Origin: Eledone cirrhosa
Lineage: Eukaryota
Assembly: GCA_964016885.1 (NCBI GenBank)
Contig: OZ024741.1
Coordinates: 359,228,001 to 359,292,000, forward strand
Length of the DNA: 64,000 nucleotides
Direction: 5' to 3'
Below are positions 56,596 to 64,000 of the stretch, piece after piece. The notes beneath the pieces were generated by a model, which worked only from the letters and a program-made list of their open reading frames with translations, did not search any database and had not been told where the DNA came from. How positions within the stretch are numbered: position 1 is the first letter of the stretch; the number at the start of each line of letters is the position of its first letter. The translations under genes and the position numbers were made by a program.

Positions 56596-56850
56596 GTTTG
56601 GATCCATCAGCCCCTTATTTTGAACATACTGGACCTAAGGTTCGCCTGGACCCAAGTGATGCTGAATTTGTTGATGTCATACACACTGATATTGGCTATA
56701 TTTTAGGACTAGGTCTTGGCATCGAGGTTGCAAGCGGGCATGTTGATTTCTATCCAAATGGTGGAAAATATCAACCTGGATGTACAGAATATAAAATATC
56801 TGGTTCAATTGTAGGCGGCATTGTTGGCCTTCTAAATAAGCTGAAGCCAG
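56596..56850 (+). CDS. Pancreatic lipase-related gene, exon 5 (catalytic Asp, lid start)
   Basis: GLDPSAPYF..RLDPSDAEFVDVIHTD..GHVDFYPNGGKYQPGC. Confidence 0.96.
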
Positions 56851-56884
56851 GTGAGTGAACATTAGTTACAGGTGATATTGTTGA

Positions 56885-57165
56885 CAGAGGCATAACTAGG
56901 GAAAATAGCACCTATGACAAGCAGTGAAATTGTGCCCCTGCCCAGCACTGTATTTTTACCTATGGGCCTAATAATTTATATAAATGGTTTAATTAATGAT
57001 CCAGCCACCATAGTGTTCTTACCCATGATAATCAGAGACAGATCATACATCTGAAAAAGTTTCACCGACGAGGCTTAATTGACTTTAATAGAATATGCTC
57101 CTAGTCCAAGTGCCACTTGGACTAGGAGCACATTCTATGCTTGCCATACCCTAGTTACGCCTCTG
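56885..57165. mobile_element. hAT-type MITE with internal palindrome
   Basis: TIR cagaggcataactaggg/ccctagttacgcctctg; 8-bp TSD attgttga/actgttgg; hairpin at 57088-57138. Confidence 0.75.
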
Positions 57166-58161
57166 ACTGTTGGTTTCCTAAATAAATTGAAGTCAGGTAA
57201 ATGACCACCAATTAAACACTAATTGTTGGGCTACTGAATAAACTGAAACCACCATATTTCTAATTACATAGTTCTTCACACATCTAAAAATGCAAATCCT
57301 TAGACACATCATCAGTGTTGAGTCCTGGAGCCATTGGATATTTTGCATCTTACAACATACATCCTCATCCAGATGACCCAACTACAAATGCAAATACTTG
57401 AACACATCATCAGTGATGTAACCTGGAATTGTTAGATGTTTCAGCTCTCACAACATATACCCTCATCCAGGTAACCCAACTGAGATTGATCAAGCCTGAC
57501 TGTGGCACATTTCTTACTGTCTTCACCAGTAACTTCTTTTCAGTCATAAGGCATCCTACACTCCATTTCAATTAATTAATAAAAAACATTTGGAAGTATT
57601 TACTAAAATTATTAATTGTTTCATTATTTGTAAGCATATCTTTAACATTTCTTATATCAAATGGAAAATGTTAACTAAAATAATAATCCTTTAAAATAGG
57701 TGGTTTCATTTTAGAGAGCCAGCAGCAATGTGGGGCAGGTTTGTACCAATAGAGTTAATCGTAGGTGTTCAACTGATGAATAAATTGAAGCCAGGTAAAT
57801 GAACAATAAATTACTGTTATTGAGAACAAGTCTACATCTGTCTGCCTGTCGATCTGTCTATCTATATGTGTGCATGTATGTATGTATGACTGTTACATAA
57901 TACAATACATATTGTAAAGTTTCTCTCTATCAATAGATATATTTCAAAATATTTATGTGAAACCAAATTATAAACGTTTACAACTTTTAACTCTTTTGTT
58001 ACCACATTTCTAATGAAAGACACTGCCTATGATCTGAGATAATTTTGAAAATAGTGGAGATTTCTGATTGCTCATTGTTATGCTGGTATTTGGAACATAA
58101 CAAAGTTTCTTACATGAAATTAATGATGGAAGATTTTTTTAGATAAATAGAAATACTTTAA

Positions 58162-58364
58162 CCCTTTAGCATTTAAACTGGCCATATCCAGCCAGAATTC
58201 TCTCACCTCTTTCTGTTCAAACCAGCCCTAACTGGTCACTCATACTGACGTTAAGGTATTGTTTTCAAAATAAATAACATCAAAATCTCATAGATATCTC
58301 ATTCGATACTATGTGAGATTATTATGTAAGATAAAGCCTTTTCCACATAGAGTAATGTAAAGGG
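58162..58364. mobile_element. piggyBac-type MITE (related copies across 57990-63720)
   Basis: TTAA-ccctttagcatt...aatgtaaaggg-TTAA; second copy at ~62090-62270. Confidence 0.7.
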
Positions 58365-58492
58365 TTAAATTTAACAGTTTTGCCATAGGATCAGGAGTGG
58401 TTTCATGCGGTCTGGTATGAGAAGGTTTATCTAATTTTATATGTGAAGGTGAAACATTTACTGAAATAAATGCAATCCATTATATTTTTCAG

Positions 58493-58723
58493 GTGCCAAG
58501 GCTGAATTTATGTGTAGTCATAAGAGAGCTGAAGCGCTTTATATTGAATCTGTAAACACGGACTGTCCATTTTACACCTATAGCTGTTCTGATGTCCACG
58601 ATCTCAAATCTGGCAACTGTTTCCATAAACATGGAGAGTTGGGACGGTTGGGTTTTCATGCTGATAAATCTCTCGGTCGTGGCAAACATATGTTACAGAC
58701 TTTCAGCACTCAGACCTATTGTG
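58493..58723 (+). CDS. Pancreatic lipase-related gene, exon 6 (catalytic His)
   Basis: CSHKRAEALYIESV..CPF..SC..GNC..LGFHAD..YC. Confidence 0.95.
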
Positions 58724-60501
58724 GTAAGTTCTCCTATTTATTTTTATATATTTTGGGGGTTCAATCCTACTGCGCGACACCTTGGATGTCTTCTATCATA
58801 GGCTTGGATTGACCAATGCCTTGCCTCCTTGTGAGGGAAATTTGGTATATAGAAACAGTATGGAAGCCCACAGGAGAGACCTTTCCTGTTATTGGGTGGT
58901 TGACTTAAACCAATAAGGCCATTTAACCCTTTCATTATTACATTTCTCACTAAATACACTGCTTATGATTTTCAATCATCTTGAAAACAATCAAGAATTT
59001 GAAGTGCTTTAGTAATATAATAAATTTTCTCATTAAGTTTATGCTTGGAATATGATTTAATGAAGATTCTTACATAAAATTATGACGGAAGAGTTCTAGA
59101 TAAATAAATACTTTAACCATTTCATTACCATATTTCTAATGAAACATTGCCTATAATTTTCAAATAATTTTTTTAAATAATCAAGAATTTGGAAGGATTT
59201 AGTAATATAACTAACTTTCTCATTATTAAAATAGTGTTTGGAGTATAACTTAAAAAAACGTTTTTATATAAAATTGATAGAAGGTTTTTAAATGAATAGA
59301 AACATTTTAAAACAAGTTTTGTTTTGAAGAAACAGTGGAGGTGGGGATAAGGTCAAATGGTTTGCTATCAAAAGGTTGACACAATTTGACTCTTATGTGA
59401 TTTTAGTTCTGCAAGTATTCTGGTTAGGTCTCAAAGTAGCCATAGGAGGTAATAATTGTCAAATATATCTATACAGCCTACAGAATCAAGCATTACATTC
59501 ATTTTTAAAATGTATCCACTACATCCTCTAGAGTAGAGTACTGGTGCCACAATAAAATGCACCAAGTACAATATATAAAATGATAGTAATGGTACCATGA
59601 TAAAATGGCTCCAGAACCCTCTGTAAAGTGGTAACACTGGTGCTATAATTAAATGCCCCAGTATATTCTGTACAGTGGTAATGCTGGTACCACAATAAAA
59701 TACACTCCCTACTACATGTATAAGCAAGATGGGGTTCTCTGACATGTTTAGTCTTAGACACCACAACAACCTTTACAACCCATGCCAGTATCGAATAACA
59801 GACATAAAATGAGGAGGAGGAGGAGGAAAGAGCACAACATTGACATTGTTTTTAACTGTTTATGAAAAACACCACACACATTTTTAAATGTCTTAATGAA
59901 AAAGATTCCTAATTAAATTGCTCTCAACCACTTAGGAGACAACCATTCTCAACCCATTCTATATTTCTAATGAAATATACCTTTTTTCAATCAATTATAA
60001 TTGATTATAATTATTAAGCAATTTTGAGGGATTTACTAATATTAATTACTTCATTACTAAGATGGTAACTTAATATATGTTTCTTACATTAAATTATTTG
60101 GGAAGATTTTAATTTAAATAGGAACCCTTTAAAATGGTTTTGGCTGGATTAGTATCACAAAGGTTAATGAAGAATTTTGTAGGATTTATTAAAATTAAGT
60201 ATTTCATAAGTAAGAGAGTAACTTAGCATATGGTTCTTATATAAAATTATGTTGGAAGATTATGATTTAAATAGGAAGTCTATGAAAGGAATGTTTTCTT
60301 TTTGAAGAGCCAGAGCTGGTTTTGGTTGGTTTAATATCTAATGGGTCCATCCTTTAACTAAAAACTGGTGTGTTAATTCAAATGTTTATTGTATCTTTAC
60401 TGGTGGATAGATTGTTGTGAACAGTTTTTATGTTATGCAATCTCTGAATGTTGCATATACAAGTGTGTAATGATTTAGTAGTTTATTTTAGTACTTTAGG
60501 T

Positions 60502-60670
60502 CAGTGGTTACCAAAGTGGGTTCTGCAAAGGAGTGTCTGGGGTTCCGTGAAAGAAGATGGAGGAATATATTTATGTTACAACCATATAACAGTTTTAAAC
60601 TTTGGGGTTCCACCAAAAGTTTCTGAACCAAAAAGGTTTCCGCGTTTGAAAAAGGTTTGGGAAACCCTGC
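60502..60670. mobile_element. hAT-Charlie-like MITE
   Basis: cagtggttaccaaagt...aggtttgggaaaccctg. Confidence 0.6.
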
Positions 60671-61252
60671 TCTAGGTCATTATAGAGGGGTTTGGGAATT
60701 CATATCTACTTATAACCTAGGGTTATTTTTAGATGTAAATATGCTTTATTTTTAAATTTTACAGGATGTATAATTAATACAAATAAACACTATTATTGGA
60801 TTAAATGTCTGAGAACTGAATTGTATTAAACTATTTTGAATAATTGTAGTTTTAAGAGAATTAGACACTACCTATGAATATTGGTATCATATGTGTATAT
60901 GTAAGTGTATGAAGGTGCATAGCTTAGTGGATAGAGTATTCGGCTCATGATCATGAGGTTGTGAGTTTTATTTCCATGAGCACAGTGTCCTTGAGCCAGA
61001 CACTATTTCACGTTGTCCTAGTTCACCAAATGATACCTGTAATTTAAATGGCTAGCTTTATCACACACTTTGTCAAGCTAAATACCCCTGAGAATTTTGT
61101 AAAATGTACTTGTTAATTTCATGAGTAGGCTCTTCTGTCGATCAAACAACTGAAACAAGCATTGTCGAAACCGACAGAAGTCCAACGACAATGTGTATGT
61201 ATTCAGTCTATTCTGTATATCTGCTATTTTGTATCTCTTATATTTAATTCAG

Positions 61253-61358
61253 CTCACCATTATCAGATGCATATATCTGGGAAAAGCACAATCAATGGTC
61301 GAATCTTTGTCAAACTGACTGGATCAAAAGGCACATCAGAGCGTCTGGAAGTGACTGA
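61253..61358 (+). CDS. Pancreatic lipase-related gene, exon 7 (PLAT domain)
   Basis: HHYQMHISG...GRIFVKLTGSKGTS; AG/GTAAGT, phases 1/2. Confidence 0.88.
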
Positions 61359-61479
61359 GTAAGTAGCCATTATATTGGAATCTTTATTCCTAGAGACACA
61401 TTAATTGAGTTGGGTTCATAACTATTTTATCAAGGAATGTGAAAAGACTTTCCTTTCCTAAAATGCTGTTTAAACCTTT

Positions 61480-61823
61480 CATCATCATCATCATTTCATT
61501 TTACGTCCGCTTTTTCTCTGCTTGCAAGGGTGGGACGGGAACTGATTCTGGCTTGATTTCTACAGCTGGATACCCTTCCTAACACAAACCTCATTTACAG
61601 TGAGTGCTGGGTGTTTTTTTGCTGTGGCACCTCCACGACCACATTGCAGTGGAATGATAGGCACCCCAGTCCCTATCATCTCATTTCTACAGCTGAGTAA
61701 ACTGGAGCAATGTGAAATAAGGTGTCTTGCTCAAGGAAACAACACATCACCTGGTCTGAGAATTGAACTCACAACCTTTCGATTGCAAGGCCAATGCTCT
61801 AACCACTAAGCCATGTGCCTCCA
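61480..61823 (-). mobile_element. tRNA-SINE with RTE tail, near-identical to 1941-2291
   Basis: Reverse complement of 1941-2291 with few substitutions. Confidence 0.88.
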
Positions 61824-62342
61824 TATTTCTTTATCATATTTCTCAAAAAGACACTGAAATTGCATTTCAAATAATTGTGAAAATAATCAAAAATGTTGGG
61901 GGATTTAATAATGTAACAAAAAGTCTAATTGTTAAGCTGGTGTTTTGAATATAACAAAGGTTCTTATATAAAATTATGATGGAAGGTTTTTAGATAAATG
62001 CAAACATTTTAAAATAAACAGCTTTATATCATAGAACTAGGGATAATTTCAGGCAGTTTGGTATCAAAAGGGTAAATGAATTGCTTTAACCCTTTAGCAT
62101 TTAAATCCGCCATATCCAGCCAGAAATTTCTCACATCTTTCTGTTCAAACCTGCTGTAACCAGCCACTCATACCGATGTTAAGGTATTGTTCTCAAAATA
62201 AATAATATCAAAAATAAATAATATCAAAAATACAATACTAAATATAGAGTAATGTAAATGCTAAAGGTTTAAGGACCTTACATACAAATTACTTCCAAGT
62301 TAAATCTGCATCTTAATGTTATTTTGTTTGTCTTCATTTCAG

Positions 62343-62525
62343 TCACAATACTTTAGTAAGTTCCAATGAAATGTTTGTGCACCTCTTATTATCTCGGACT
62401 GATGTCGGACATTTGCAGTATGTTGATTTAGAGTATGATGAAACAGATAACCTTATTGGTGTCATATTTTCTAATGACTGGAAACTGGAGAGTTTTAAAC
62501 TATTCCAAGGTCATAATGAGGAAAA
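62343..62525 (+). CDS. Pancreatic lipase-related gene, exon 8 (PLAT domain); gene continues beyond the window
   Basis: DVGHLQYVDLEY...WKLESFKL; AG/GTGAGT, phases 2/2; no stop reached. Confidence 0.85.
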
Positions 62526-62651
62526 GTGAGTTACATTTCTTTTTTTAAATCATCATCATTATTTCAAGTCTATTCTTAGGGGTTCTGAATTAATAATGCC
62601 TTGGTACATGTTCCAGCTCTCTGAATACTAAGTTCAAATCCCACCTCAGTC

Positions 62652-62697
<46 letters not shown>

Positions 62698-63729
62698 AAG
62701 AAATCAACTGTGTTCTGACTTGGAGAGGGATGGGATCTGCCAAGTTTAAGATGCCCAAGCAACACCCTTATGACACAAGCAAGAGTTAAGGACCCTGTTT
62801 TTTTATCTATGCTGACATGACTTGGACAAGTCATCACAATCCAAGACAAGATGGGTTCAAGGGCCATGTGTTGCTCATACTTTCCATTTTTTGACGTGGT
62901 TTCTAATGAATTATATGAGAGTTAACAATAATGATGAAAAGGTTGATTCTTTAAAAATGATAGTCAAAGCATATATTTCATATACATGTTATGAATCTAT
63001 TGCAGCTCCACATTTTGTGTAAAGAATACAATAATAACATCAAGAAAGAGTAAAAGATTCCAAGTCTCTACACAGTGTCCCTGATGAATTTCTCCACAAG
63101 AAGGACTTTTAAAGAAATATCCATAAAAAAAAAAAATCTCCTTTGCTGTTTCGAATAGGAAATTAAAAAACACAAAAACAAACTAATAAACTGAAATATA
63201 TGTTTCAAAATAAAAAATATATAAAATATGAATTTAGTATGTTTTTATTTAATTTTTGTTGTTGGTTCTTAATTCTTTTGACACCAAACTACCTAGTTCT
63301 AAGATACAAAACTTTTTATTTTAAAGTGTTTATATTTATCTAAAACCCTTCCAACATAATTCTGTATAAGAACCTTAGTTAAGTTATGTTCCAAACACCA
63401 ACTTAATATTATAAGAAACTTAATTATATAACTAAATTGTAATTAATTGTAATTATATAACTTCAAATTGCTAATTGAAAACCATAGGCAGTGTTGTTCA
63501 TTAGAAATATGGTAACGAAAGAGTTAAAGTATTAATATTTATCTTAAAACCTTCCATCACAACTTTCGTAAGTTATGTTTCAAACAACTGCGTAATAGTG
63601 AGGAAAATAATTATATAACTAAATCCTCTAAAATTCTTGATTATTTTCAAAATCATATTAGTTTCTTTTTCTATTATTTTTTATATATATAGTGTCTCTC
63701 ATTAAAAATATAGTAACAAAAAGCTTACA

Positions 63730-64000
63730 TCTTCCATTGTATAAAATCTTGGCCTGTTAGGAAGCAGCAGAACAAAATTCCAGAAGCTCACTATCAGACT
63801 GGACAAAGTATCAGGAGTAAACATAATAGAGATCAGCTCAGAAAAGTTCAAGATTCTCGTTGATAGTCATAACCAGAATACAGCAACCAACATCATGCTG
63901 AATGGAGGAAGGCTTGAAGAAGTGAACACCTTCAATTACCTAGAATCCAACCAAGGACAGCTGATCTAAGCAAGAGATAATGCAAGACTTCATATAGAAA
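63730..64000 (+). mobile_element. Decayed RTE-like LINE RT C-terminal fragment
   Basis: EISSEKFKILV...MLNGGRLEEVNTFNYL. Confidence 0.65.

Noticed and set aside
63070-63125. CTGATGA...GAAATATC hammerhead-like text
   Set aside because: Helix I cannot form and helix II overlaps the GAAA; at best a decayed relic

Overview
Eukaryotic, AT-rich and repeat-dense DNA. The SINE/RTE repertoire and (TA)n load suggest a mollusc, probably an octopus (inference). It contains one host gene: a multi-exon pancreatic-lipase-family gene on + (8 exons, 48093 to >62525, with the last exon probably outside the window). Two near-identical full-length CsRn1/Kabuki-clade Gypsy LTR retrotransposons lie head-to-head (22603-28351 -, 34310-40048 +). 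They have separate 4-bp TSDs, unusual TG...TA LTR ends, a duplicated tRNA-Trp PBS, a GGGAAAC+pseudoknot gag-pol frameshift signal and one shared pol frameshift. The second copy is nested in the 3' UTR of a near-full-length RTE LINE. Also present are decayed CR1/L2, R4-like, CRE-like, RTE, mariner and Helitron pieces, hAT/Tc1/piggyBac MITEs and many SINEs. The most notable hidden signal is at least seven minimal type-I hammerhead ribozyme motifs in Penelope-like or retrozyme-like units (339-381 bp monomers with terminal redundancy and fold-back ends). There is also a family of short fold-back palindromes and an unexplained 1-kb terminally redundant inverted pair. Most short ORFs in the track are microsatellite or antisense shadows.
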